Source of the DNA: a virus
Taxonomy: Duplodnaviria > Caudoviricetes
Virus record (IMG/VR): IMGVR_UViG_3300020036_009553
Span: 1-64,000 of that record
Reading direction: 5' to 3' (one strand)
DNA: 64,000 nucleotides
Within the stretch, counting starts at the first letter, position 1. Each line of letters opens with the position of its first letter. Position numbers and translations under genes: made by a program. Positions 20,187 to 29,329 of this stretch are shown here, one piece after another. The notes under the pieces were generated by a model, which was given only the letters and a program-made list of their open reading frames with translations, was not told the DNA's origin and did not search any database.

Positions 20187-20597
20187 ATGCTTATCGTAAC
20201 AGACAAACAGACTGGGGTAAAGAGCTTGCTTTCACCCGAATACAATTATCGTTTTGATCCTCGCAATGGAGAGTTTTTGCGGTGGGGCAAAACGTTTGAT
20301 GATGATCCAAGTGTTGGGATGTTGGAAATCTTTGATTTGGAAGTGTCCACTGTCTGCGAGGGTATCGGTAAAGGTCCTTGTAAGCATTGCTACAAATCGA
20401 ATACACCAAAAGGTGATAATATGTCGTTTGAGACATTCAAGCACATTTTTGATCTTATTAGTGGTGGTGTTACAAAAGTTAATCTCACGATGGATGATGG
20501 GACAATTCGGTCGTATCTTCCTGATGAAGATGTGTTGTTGGTTGATGGGTCAACCAAAAAAGCAAAGCTGCTGACGTATGCGGACGATGTACTATGA
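20187..20597 (+). CDS. radical SAM enzyme, N-terminal fragment (part 1 of 3)
   Basis: DLEVSTVCEGIGKGPCKHCYKSN cluster motif and MSFETFK; stops long before a full barrel. Confidence 0.75.
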   Translation: MLIVTDKQTGVKSLLSPEYNYRFDPRNGEFLRWGKTFDDDPSVGMLEIFDLEVSTVCEGIGKGPCKHCYKSNTPKGDNMSFETFKHIFDLISGGVTKVNLTMDDGTIRSYLPDEDVLLVDGSTKKAKLLTYADDVL

Positions 20598-20791
20598 GAC
20601 AAAAGATCAAAAGAACGATGGTAATTGAGTTGGAGTATGACGATGCTACACATTGGAAGGATGCGAATGATCAAAAATGGTTCGTTCAAGATGTGTTGAT
20701 GTGTCACAAACCGGAACTTGTTTTGTATTCTACGCTCGTTGGTGACATCGTTGGTAATGTCCGCGTGGTTAATATTGACCACAATGAATAA
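20594..20791 (+). CDS. small hypothetical protein
   Basis: ATGA overlap with the upstream stop. Confidence 0.5.
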   Translation: MRQKIKRTMVIELEYDDATHWKDANDQKWFVQDVLMCHKPELVLYSTLVGDIVGNVRVVNIDHNE

Positions 20792-21085
20792 CAGAGAATT
20801 ATTAGCAGATATGTTGGGTGCGAAATCGATGAATGTTCTCGCTCGTACCACTGTAACTAACCCAGTTTTCGCAATGGAAAGTGGGTCGTTGGAAATCGTA
20901 CCATTTAAGAACGTAGTGCACAAACACATTATTAAAGATGGTGAATGGGATAACACACTTGTCAATCTGGTAGCAATACAAGAGGATCTTGCTTGGTTGC
21001 TAACTCAACCTGATGATTTTATTGATCACTTTTTTACAGAACAGAACATTTGTGCCGAACCACCTCAATCTAATGGAGAGATCAA

Positions 21086-21498
21086 ATGAATGTAGTTGAT
21101 TGGATGTCGTATAATGTAATTCTCGCAACTGGGATGGTCGTTGGTTGGGTGTTACTCACGTTTGTGTTGGTTAGAAATCGTGTAAAGAATAGTTTTCTCA
21201 CCAAAGAAGATGATATTCACGCTTATGACTAACTTCTGATCTTGGTCCATTGAGGAGATTTAACAACAGAATATGGAAAAATGTTTGTTCACCCTTGTTG
21301 CTGTAGCTATTGGGCTTGTCCCATCATTTATTGTTACTCTAATTATTCGTGCCCAGAACATATTATTTCCTTGAGGAGATTTAACAAATGAAGGTTAAAT
21401 GGAATTTGTCTGGAGTGGTCATCATCGGGGTGGCTTGTGTTCTTTGGGTATTTCTCACATTTATGTTTGTCGTTGCGTTTGATACGTTGTTGCACTGA
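21086..21498 (+). CDS. three very small hydrophobic ORFs (21086-21232, 21273-21374, 21388-21498)
   Basis: Each has an RBS (TTGAGGAGATTTAACA occurs twice) and one transmembrane-like segment; below the ORF track cutoff. Confidence 0.5.
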
Positions 21499-21741
21499 GG
21501 GGATTCAAAATGAACGTTGAACGGGTTCCTGGTGGTGTATTCATCACCATTGTGTATAAATGTGGACACACAACCAAACTCTTTTTTAGAGATGAGAGCT
21601 ACGGTCGTTCAATTGCTCGTGATAAGACCAACGTGCTTTGTCCTCACTGTAGTGTGAATTAACCTATGTGTGTTGCTTGTTGACTGTTCCTTTCAATTAG
21701 TGTAAAATAAGGCTTTCCGTTAATAATTCGCAGGGAACAGT

Positions 21742-22821
21742 ATGAATACCATTTATGCGTACAGAATCAAAAATGATCAATATAGTAACGAATACCGTGT
21801 TGATCAACCAACTTTGTTGCGTCGGCATGATGTGAAAATTGGTTTTACTTCAAGAACAGCAGATGAGCGGATAGCTGAACAAGCTAATGCATCAACAAAC
21901 TCACCACTAATCAAAATTAGTGAGTGGCAAATCGATGAGTCTTTTGGTATTTTTGATAGAAAAGTTCACAATGAATTATTACGCATGGGATATACACATT
22001 TATGTGACGCTGGAAGTGGTGGTAGAATGGGCGAGGAATGGTTCAACATTCCTTCTGTTGATGATGACGAAATGTGTGGGATTATTCTTCAATCAATCCA
22101 ACGAGCATCAACACCAACCGCCGGCCGGTGTGAATTGGAGCTAACCAAGCTGCAATTTGAACAGTTGGAAATTGCGGGGGATGTATTATTAGGTCGAGAC
22201 GACTCTACAATTTTAATGGAACTTTGTCCACGGTTTGGAAAGACTTTGTGGGCATTGTGTCTTCATACGATGATGCCTACCCCAATCATGGTAGTTAGTT
22301 CCTACTGGCTAAGCTCCTTGACTTCATTTAGAAATGAAATATTGAAATTTGTCCAGTTTGAATCAATGTGTTATATCAATATGGACGATTCTGATTATTT
22401 TGATCAAGTTCAGAAAGCGCTATCAGCAGGGAAAAAAATTGTATTGGACGTAAGTTTGTGTGGTAATCCTGATGTTATCGATAACAAAAGAAAGGCATTG
22501 CAACCACTCATTGATCTTAATTCTCACTGGGTAGTCGTTGATGAAGCAGATTTTGGAGCACACACTCCTAGATCTGGTGAATTTATTGACTTCCTGTGTG
22601 GACCAAACAACACCAAGTTGGTGCTTATGACAGGCACAAACGCTGTCCGTGCTTCGAATGGAAGGACTATTGATCACCATTCTTGTGTTACTTATCTTGA
22701 TATGCTTGTTGCTAAAAATAACAACATTTCATATACTTCGTTTTATTCTCCACCCGTTCCTTTTGTTATGAACAGTTTGATAGTAAAAACAAAAAATGAT
22801 GACACAATTAAAACAATTTAG
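21742..22821 (+). CDS. T5orf172/GIY-YIG-like domain fused to an N-terminal SF2 helicase lobe, apparently truncated
   Basis: IYAY...VKIGFTSRTADERI...EEWF; CPRFGKT, VDEADFG, MTGT; no helicase C-lobe. Confidence 0.65.
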   Translation: MNTIYAYRIKNDQYSNEYRVDQPTLLRRHDVKIGFTSRTADERIAEQANASTNSPLIKISEWQIDESFGIFDRKVHNELLRMGYTHLCDAGSGGRMGEEWFNIPSVDDDEMCGIILQSIQRASTPTAGRCELELTKLQFEQLEIAGDVLLGRDDSTILMELCPRFGKTLWALCLHTMMPTPIMVVSSYWLSSLTSFRNEILKFVQFESMCYINMDDSDYFDQVQKALSAGKKIVLDVSLCGNPDVIDNKRKALQPLIDLNSHWVVVDEADFGAHTPRSGEFIDFLCGPNNTKLVLMTGTNAVRASNGRTIDHHSCVTYLDMLVAKNNNISYTSFYSPPVPFVMNSLIVKTKNDDTIKTI

Positions 22822-23236
22822 CCCAATGAGTCCGGTAGCGTTAAAGGATTTTACTGGTGAGCGAAACTATAATTGGTCGTTTGGAATACCATGGGATGAC
22901 TCACCTACATCCGCACGATTCCCGTTTATTACGAACAAAATTCTCCATTGTCCCAATATTGTGGTAGCAGATGTATCATTGGTAGCAACCGTGGACGAGT
23001 GGTGGAGTTGTTGGATATACAGTATGTATTGTGCCCAACATACAACTGGTATCAGCATGGAAAGGCTTGAATACGAGTGGCGGTTAAGACAGAGATCTGG
23101 TGGACTAATACATGGCAATACCCCTCTGTTTCGTCGTGTTGATACCATGGCATACTTTGAAGAAATGCGAAAAGATGATACGTATGATCAAATTGATTTG
23201 TTCACAAAAATGTATGATATTCAAATTTGCACTTAA
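22796..23236 (+). CDS. hypothetical protein
   Basis: 146 aa ORF. Confidence 0.45.
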   Translation: MMTQLKQFSPMSPVALKDFTGERNYNWSFGIPWDDSPTSARFPFITNKILHCPNIVVADVSLVATVDEWWSCWIYSMYCAQHTTGISMERLEYEWRLRQRSGGLIHGNTPLFRRVDTMAYFEEMRKDDTYDQIDLFTKMYDIQICT

Positions 23237-23259
23237 CCATCAATCACAGGACTAATATA

Positions 23260-23580
23260 ATGAAAATCGCACAAATCAAAAATGATTATAAATGTCAAAC
23301 TATTTGCCAATGGGCAGCTGGTGTAGGTGACATCTGGTCAAATCCCGATTTGATTACGATGTTCAAGTATTCCCGCGAAAACAATGTTGTTCCTAATGTC
23401 ACAACCAATGGATATGGGCTAACCGATCAAATGGTTGATGATATCACCAAATATTGTGGAGGTGTTGCGGTTAGTGTTTATGATCCAAAAGATGTTTGTT
23501 ACGATGCCATCAAACGAATCACAGATGCAAAAATGAAACAAAAGGTGCTTGTTCGTATTCCCGTTAATGTGGAGAATTAA
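23260..23580 (+). CDS. radical SAM enzyme, middle fragment (part 2 of 3)
   Basis: GVGDIWSNPDL...VPNVTTNG...GVAVSVY core strands; AGGA RBS. Confidence 0.7.
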   Translation: MKIAQIKNDYKCQTICQWAAGVGDIWSNPDLITMFKYSRENNVVPNVTTNGYGLTDQMVDDITKYCGGVAVSVYDPKDVCYDAIKRITDAKMKQKVLVRIPVNVEN

Positions 23581-24033
23581 ATGAGAATTAAATCATCTAA
23601 AGGCGAAAGTGAAAAATTGAGGTGCCAGCTAGGACAACACCGCATTGTACGAAAGTTTTTGTGGTGGCCCAGACAATTTTTCACAACTGACAACAGAGTG
23701 TTTGAATATGCAAACATTTTGGAAGAAGTTCAAATCACAAAATACAAAAAAAGTGGTATGGTTTATAATTGTGAACCTGAGTGTATTAAATGGGTGGAAA
23801 TTAGTTTTATTGATGAAGAAAAAGAAGCAGCTACAATTATGGAAGGACCAGATGTAACGTGGCTAGCACCCCACGCTGGATATTTACCAGAAATCCCTGA
23901 AAATTCAACCGGCATATTTATTAGTACTGATAATAACATATCAAATGGTAAAAATCGATATGTGCGAATTTGGAGAGATGGCAACTGGTCGGACCCAGTT
24001 GTGTGTTCTCTCCCCTCTTCAGTCTGTAGATAA
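23581..24033 (+). CDS. hypothetical protein, paralog of 24050..24337
   Basis: Shared RIVxKFLxxPRxF...RVFEYAxIxEEVQ. Confidence 0.6.
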   Translation: MRIKSSKGESEKLRCQLGQHRIVRKFLWWPRQFFTTDNRVFEYANILEEVQITKYKKSGMVYNCEPECIKWVEISFIDEEKEAATIMEGPDVTWLAPHAGYLPEIPENSTGIFISTDNNISNGKNRYVRIWRDGNWSDPVVCSLPSSVCR

Positions 24034-24049
24034 GTAAAGAGGTATTATT

Positions 24050-24337
24050 ATGAAATATATGTCTGAAGCAGCCAAACAATTAATTCTAAAAGAACGGGTT
24101 GGCGAACAAAGAATAGTAAAGAAATTTTTGGTATATCCTCGACGATTTGGTGCTAAACCATCCAGAGTATTTGAGTATGCATATATTGTAGAAGAAGTCC
24201 AAGTTATCGGAACAGATTGGTACAAAAATCCGAGCAATTGGGCGTGGAGAGAAATTGATTTTGCTGATGATGTTGAGGAAGTGGTGATAACACGACGAGC
24301 CTCAACCCAACTCCCAATCGATATTAATACAATATAA
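24050..24337 (+). CDS. hypothetical protein, paralog of 23581..24033
   Basis: Same shared motif; GAGGT RBS. Confidence 0.6.
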   Translation: MKYMSEAAKQLILKERVGEQRIVKKFLVYPRRFGAKPSRVFEYAYIVEEVQVIGTDWYKNPSNWAWREIDFADDVEEVVITRRASTQLPIDINTI

Positions 24338-24410
24338 CAAGTATTGAATCCGTTGTGGTACAAGTAGCATTCTTGTATAATATCGTATTGATCGTTCAAG
24401 GACTCCACAC

Positions 24411-25142
24411 ATGACTAACAAAATTGAAATTGTACAAGAACGTCGTGAAAATGACGGCTTTCAATACGTTGAAATGACGTACCAAGAGTATGTTGATTAC
24501 AAATACGGCAAAGATGACTCTCCCGCAAAAAGACAAGAGGTGTTGAACATTTGTTCAACCAATTGTCACGTCCTCGTTAGTGAAGAAACGTATGATTTGT
24601 GCAAGACTGTCCTCAACGATGCTGCCACAGACCCCAGACTTACCAAGATGAAAGCTGTGATGTTCCTGACTTTGAAGCCAAAAGGGAAAAGAAACAAGAA
24701 CAACATCATTAAAGATCCAAAGAAGTATCGTGAATTGATCGACCTAGCGTTCTCACTTGGTGTTAACGTTGGATTTGATTCATGTACGGCTCCAATCTTC
24801 CTTACCGCAATGAAGGACCATCCTCAATTTAACCGGTTCTCACAAATGACCGAATCATGCGAGAGCAATCGGTTCAGTGGGTACGCGAATGTAGATGGAA
24901 ATTATTGGCATTGTTCGTTTACAGAGGACCAACCTGGTTGGAGAGCTATTTCTTTGTTGGATGCTACAGATTTCATCAAAGACATCTGGCATTCTCCTGA
25001 AGTCGAAAAATTCCGTAACCGATTGGTTTCGCAGGATAATTCTCACATTGACAATGAATGTTATTTGTGCCCAGTGTATGATTTGTATGATCCAAGCATT
25101 GGATGTGCAGCTAAAAAAGTTATTAACGTGGAGGCAATGTAG
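24411..25142 (+). CDS. radical SAM enzyme, C-terminal fragment with SPASM/twitch-like domain (part 3 of 3)
   Basis: FLTLKPKG, GFDSC, CESNRFSGYANVDGNYWHCSF, IWHS..FR, CYLCP. Confidence 0.75.
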   Translation: MTNKIEIVQERRENDGFQYVEMTYQEYVDYKYGKDDSPAKRQEVLNICSTNCHVLVSEETYDLCKTVLNDAATDPRLTKMKAVMFLTLKPKGKRNKNNIIKDPKKYRELIDLAFSLGVNVGFDSCTAPIFLTAMKDHPQFNRFSQMTESCESNRFSGYANVDGNYWHCSFTEDQPGWRAISLLDATDFIKDIWHSPEVEKFRNRLVSQDNSHIDNECYLCPVYDLYDPSIGCAAKKVINVEAM

Positions 25143-25561
25143 TGGGAGGATATGTAGGTTTTTGGTTAGCTCGTTGAATGTTGAAGAATAGATATTGTAT
25201 AATACGTTATTGTAGAAATACACAAGGGGAATAATAAGTAAGGTATGACCCAATTATTTTCGCATTATCAAAAACTTTTCAATTGAAAAAGGTAGAACAT
25301 GAACAACATTACTCATATATCCAAGAACTGGCAACCTATTAAGACAATGGCTGGAGCATTATTTGATGTTTGTTTTGCAATAGTGGCTATAATTGGATGG
25401 TATCATGCGGGTGGTGCTTTAGCTGTGCTATTCGTGTTTTTTCTATTGCTACGATCTCAAAGGGCTCACAACAGTGGGCAGTCATTAAAAATGATGCGGT
25501 AAGGAAGTACATGACCTATTTCGTTAGTATTATTGGTGTATTGCTTTTCTTGGTATGAAAG

Positions 25562-25783
25562 ATGAATGAAATAACTGTTGGTGACAAAGTTCGTTTATTG
25601 AACGACATATGGGACGATGGAGAAGAACACCATCCTCCTGGTTGGTTAGCATGGGTAGGAGAGATTCTAGAAGTCAAAGAGGTACGTACACGTAGGTTGG
25701 TTGTATCCCACGTTGGGAATGAAGGTGGATTTGTTGTGTATGATGGTGAATACGAAAGGGTAGCAAATGAAACAGCTAACTAA
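25562..25783 (+). CDS. small beta-rich protein, paralog of 26534..26776
   Basis: VGDKVRLLNDIWDD...H.P..LA shared. Confidence 0.6.
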   Translation: MNEITVGDKVRLLNDIWDDGEEHHPPGWLAWVGEILEVKEVRTRRLVVSHVGNEGGFVVYDGEYERVANETAN

Positions 25784-26087
25784 AACAAAAATAGTGTGGG
25801 TGACTGATGATGGCGTTGAGTTCGACACCGAGCATGATTGTTTAATTGCGGAAGCAAATAAAACATTCCATTCAATAATCGGAGATCCAAACGAAGAAGG
25901 TTATTTTAATAACTTCGAAGAAGGGCCTTGTATTTCTGATATTTACGGTCTTATTCATCTAATAGACAAATGTCCTCAGCTGTTTGTAATGCTTTGTAAA
26001 TTGGTTGGGCTCAAGCCATCGCCTGGCCCAAGTACGTCTTCATTGGTGGTACGTCATATTGAGGAGGGAGATTCTAGTGAAACATAG
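25767..26087 (+). CDS. hypothetical protein, paralog of 26955..27242
   Basis: VWxxxxGxExxTxxxCLxAEA shared. Confidence 0.6.
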   Translation: MKQLTKTKIVWVTDDGVEFDTEHDCLIAEANKTFHSIIGDPNEEGYFNNFEEGPCISDIYGLIHLIDKCPQLFVMLCKLVGLKPSPGPSTSSLVVRHIEEGDSSET

Positions 26088-26547
26088 AAAAGGATTTGTT
26101 AGCAACAGTAGTTCAAGTTCATTTATCGTCATTGCTGACACAGATCAAAAGGTACACTTTACAGATCACACGGGACAAACCCTCGAGTTGGGGGATCGTC
26201 ACGGTGGTGAAAGTGAATTTGGCTGGGCGCACGAACAATATTATGATCTATACAGCAAAATCAATTTTGCATACTTACAAACCAAATCAATGGGTGGTGA
26301 AATAGGTGACCAATGGTTAGCAATGCTTGAGGAAGTTCTATTGGAAAATTCTAAAGCATCGCTGATTCAATGGAGTTGGAACACATACACTTATTCCAAT
26401 GGAGAGACCAGCTTACAGGGATACATTGACCACCAATCAGCCGCACGCGAAGGGGAAAACACAGAGCTATTTAATAGCAAAGAAGCTCTCCAAAATTTCT
26501 TGTTTGATATGAATTCATATATTGAGACAGACAATGACAACAGATGA
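26077..26547 (+). CDS. SNSSSSSF-motif family protein 1
   Basis: GTG start after GAGGAGG; (M)KHRKGFVSNSSSSSFIV. Confidence 0.75.
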   Translation: MKHRKGFVSNSSSSSFIVIADTDQKVHFTDHTGQTLELGDRHGGESEFGWAHEQYYDLYSKINFAYLQTKSMGGEIGDQWLAMLEEVLLENSKASLIQWSWNTYTYSNGETSLQGYIDHQSAAREGENTELFNSKEALQNFLFDMNSYIETDNDNR

Positions 26548-26776
26548 TGCCCAATCTACTCTCGCCCCTGTTGCGGTGGGGGAAAAATTAAAATTGACTC
26601 GTCCTATATGGGATGATGAAACAGACTGGCACCGCCCAACTTGTCTAGCAGTAGCTGGGGAAGTTGTTGCTGTTGTTGGTATGAAACGAGATGGTGTTAG
26701 AGTAGTAGCAGATCGGCCGTCATCGTCACAACCATTTTCCGTGTACCGCGATGAGTTTGTGAGAATTGAAGGATGA
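26534..26776 (+). CDS. small beta-rich protein, paralog of 25562..25783
   Basis: VGEKLKLTRPIWDD...HRPTCLA. Confidence 0.55.
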   Translation: MTTDDAQSTLAPVAVGEKLKLTRPIWDDETDWHRPTCLAVAGEVVAVVGMKRDGVRVVADRPSSSQPFSVYRDEFVRIEG

Positions 26777-26954
26777 CTGTTTCAGCCCCCAAATATTCAA
26801 CCAATGTGATTGATTCTATCATGTTTATGGTTGATCAAGCCGCTGAATTTGGGCATACCTCATTTTATAGTGAATTACCCATTGTGATTTTGCCTAGAGA
26901 CGTGTACGATCAACTAATCGATTGTTATACCGAACACTGCGAGAAGGAAGTTCC

Positions 26955-27242
26955 ATGAGACAGGAAACGAGAACAGTTTGGATAAGCAATAATGGGGAGG
27001 AGCATTCCACACAAGAAGGATGTTTGTTTGCAGAAGCCAAACAAATGTTTAATCAAGTAGTCAATAGTGATGATTATCTTCACACACAAGCATATTTTCA
27101 TACCTGTCCAAGTCATCGGTGTGTTGGAGAGGTGGAAGATCTCATTGAGTTGCTTACGAAACAACCTGAATTAGCGAATACAATCCAAATGATTATCGAT
27201 CTCAGGAGAAGAGCTCGGAATGCAATCTTCCCAACTGAATAA
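26955..27242 (+). CDS. hypothetical protein, paralog of 25767..26087
   Basis: VWISNNGEEHSTQEGCLFAEA. Confidence 0.55.
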   Translation: MRQETRTVWISNNGEEHSTQEGCLFAEAKQMFNQVVNSDDYLHTQAYFHTCPSHRCVGEVEDLIELLTKQPELANTIQMIIDLRRRARNAIFPTE

Positions 27243-27264
27243 TGACTAAAAAAGGACCAACACA

Positions 27265-27651
27265 ATGAAAATCAGAAAAGGGTTTGTTAGTAATAGTAGT
27301 AGTTCTAGTTTTATTTGTGACATAACCGGAACTGTTGAATCGGGGTACGATGCCAGTCCAAGTGACTTTGGCATGGTCACATGTGAGATCGGTCATACTT
27401 TTATGGAGAGGTTCATTCTCAGTGGCACTGACGTTGCCACCGGCGATAATTTTAACGATGATGATGAAGTGTTGTCTGAGTATTGTCCAATTTGTAAGAT
27501 GGCTCACATTCGGGACACCCAACTGATTACCTACTTACTCCACACATTGGGGAAGACGAGAGCAGAAGTAACGAAAGAAATCGCATCAACTTTTAACACT
27601 CTATCAGACTTCACCAACTATATTAAAAGGTTGGAATCGACATTGAAGTAG
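27265..27651 (+). CDS. SNSSSSSF-motif family protein 2 (with Cys/His pairs)
   Basis: MKIRKGFVSNSSSSSFIC; CEIGH and CPIC. Confidence 0.75.
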   Translation: MKIRKGFVSNSSSSSFICDITGTVESGYDASPSDFGMVTCEIGHTFMERFILSGTDVATGDNFNDDDEVLSEYCPICKMAHIRDTQLITYLLHTLGKTRAEVTKEIASTFNTLSDFTNYIKRLESTLK

Positions 27652-27709
27652 TACAAAATGCCAACTTTGGCATACATAATAGTATACTTTTCTCATTTAG
27701 GATGTTATT

Positions 27710-28234
27710 ATGAAAATCAGGCAAGGATTTGTTAGTAATAGTAGTTCGAGTTCGTTTATTGTTCCATTCCCAAAAAACTTAAAGGTTAATACCGATAATG
27801 TTCATGAATTTCTATTTGGTTCAAAAACACCAACCAACGTTGTTAACCAGTATAACGAACATACGATTCCATCGTATGACGCCGTTAAGACAATAATATC
27901 TGCCATGCGTAGGCAAAAATTCAGTTTCAAAAATAGACAGCGGGTGTTAGAGGAAGCAATAAATGGGTATATCCAGGGCGAACCAGAGTGGGAAGATTTA
28001 TGTGATGCAAACACACTCATGTTGGATGACATAGACGAATTAGATAAGTTGTTTAAACAGTTTAATGAAGCAATTAGTGCATACCGAACAAACGCATTAA
28101 ATTCCTGCCTCAAACAGTGGGGGCCAGACGTAGATGTGTATGTTTTTGACTTTGATGATAATGATGAGTGGGGAGCTACAATGGAACATGGAGACGTGTT
28201 CAGTCGTGTTCCCCATCTGAAAGTATCTAAGTAA
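27710..28234 (+). CDS. SNSSSSSF-motif family protein 3
   Basis: MKIRQGFVSNSSSSSFIVPFPK. Confidence 0.75.
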   Translation: MKIRQGFVSNSSSSSFIVPFPKNLKVNTDNVHEFLFGSKTPTNVVNQYNEHTIPSYDAVKTIISAMRRQKFSFKNRQRVLEEAINGYIQGEPEWEDLCDANTLMLDDIDELDKLFKQFNEAISAYRTNALNSCLKQWGPDVDVYVFDFDDNDEWGATMEHGDVFSRVPHLKVSK

Positions 28235-28250
28235 ATCACGAGGGGGTATT

Positions 28251-28757
28251 ATGAAAATCAGGCAAGGATTTGTTAGTAATAGTAGTTCGAGTTCGTTTAT
28301 TGTTCCATTTCCTAAAGACATGGAAATGACAGTATCTAACATCCACAAATACTTGTACGGGGACACTCCATTTTCCATCTATTATTACGAGAGCTCCGTT
28401 AGCTCAATGGAAGCTGCCCAGATCATTCACGATGAAATTCACAAACAGACATCAAATGATAAAAAGCGGTTGTATGATGCTATGGACGGATGGATCCCCG
28501 GACAACCAGAATGGGATTACAGCAACAATCCACTGTTACCAGCAAACCACGAGGAATGGAATAAACAGTGGCGCAAATACGAAAAACGTCTCGAGCGGTA
28601 CAGGAATGGTTTATTGAACGAATACACTCACAAATGGGGGGATAATGTGGATCTCTATACTTTTGTTTTTTCTGATGAGGATGGTTTACCTTGGGTCGTA
28701 CTGGAATATGGACCCACATTCGATAATGTTCCTCATTTAGCAATAAGTCACCACTAA
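28251..28757 (+). CDS. SNSSSSSF-motif family protein 4 (tandem paralog of protein 3)
   Basis: First 22 aa identical to protein 3 with near-identical DNA; similar C-terminus. Confidence 0.75.
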   Translation: MKIRQGFVSNSSSSSFIVPFPKDMEMTVSNIHKYLYGDTPFSIYYYESSVSSMEAAQIIHDEIHKQTSNDKKRLYDAMDGWIPGQPEWDYSNNPLLPANHEEWNKQWRKYEKRLERYRNGLLNEYTHKWGDNVDLYTFVFSDEDGLPWVVLEYGPTFDNVPHLAISHH

Positions 28758-29329
28758 TGGGAGACATGGCCAATTTTGCATTGGAAGAAGTCGCAACAGA
28801 AGAAATCTTCCGTGCAGCAGCATATGATAGCCCGTTCGGTGCCGAATGGTGGCAGTACGTTGAGGAATATGGGGAAGAACCACAAGAACCAATTCCCGAG
28901 TTGGATCTAGGGATGTATGATGCGAGATCACTAACCGCAGATATCAAAACAACCCAACTTGAATTCCTCCATGCTACTCACCACCCCGAAAGCATTCTCA
29001 AAAAGATATCTCATGCCCATGCTTTTGCTGCCCATTGCAGAAAGTACAGAAAAACCTGGGAAATGAGGATTGGAATGGCCAAAACAGTATACGCAGGCAA
29101 AGCACTAACAGAAAAACAAAAAGCTTGGATGCAAACAAATTATACTGGCGGAACCAAGAAATTCATTGCTGATCTCAATGATCCATTGATTCGCGACGAG
29201 TTGATGTTTCATTTAATTCGTTTTGGAACATGGGTTCAACTTGTTGCTGATGGGATTAATATGAAACAAGCAAGTAGACAATCTCTACAATACACACGAA
29301 AGGCACTATGGCACATTCCCACATCGTAG
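28757..29329 (+). CDS. hypothetical protein
   Basis: 190 aa ORF coupled to the upstream stop. Confidence 0.55.
   Translation: MGDMANFALEEVATEEIFRAAAYDSPFGAEWWQYVEEYGEEPQEPIPELDLGMYDARSLTADIKTTQLEFLHATHHPESILKKISHAHAFAAHCRKYRKTWEMRIGMAKTVYAGKALTEKQKAWMQTNYTGGTKKFIADLNDPLIRDELMFHLIRFGTWVQLVADGINMKQASRQSLQYTRKALWHIPTS

Noticed and set aside
20460-23300. A functional split intein joining radical SAM parts 1 and 2
   Set aside because: The tails total only ~58 aa and lack block A, TxxH and the terminal HN. Kept only as a possible non-splicing docking remnant.
27710-28320. Near-identical 5' ends of SNSSS genes 3 and 4 as a diversity-generating retroelement repeat pair
   Set aside because: Differences are not adenine-specific and no reverse transcriptase is present. 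Tandem duplication explains it.
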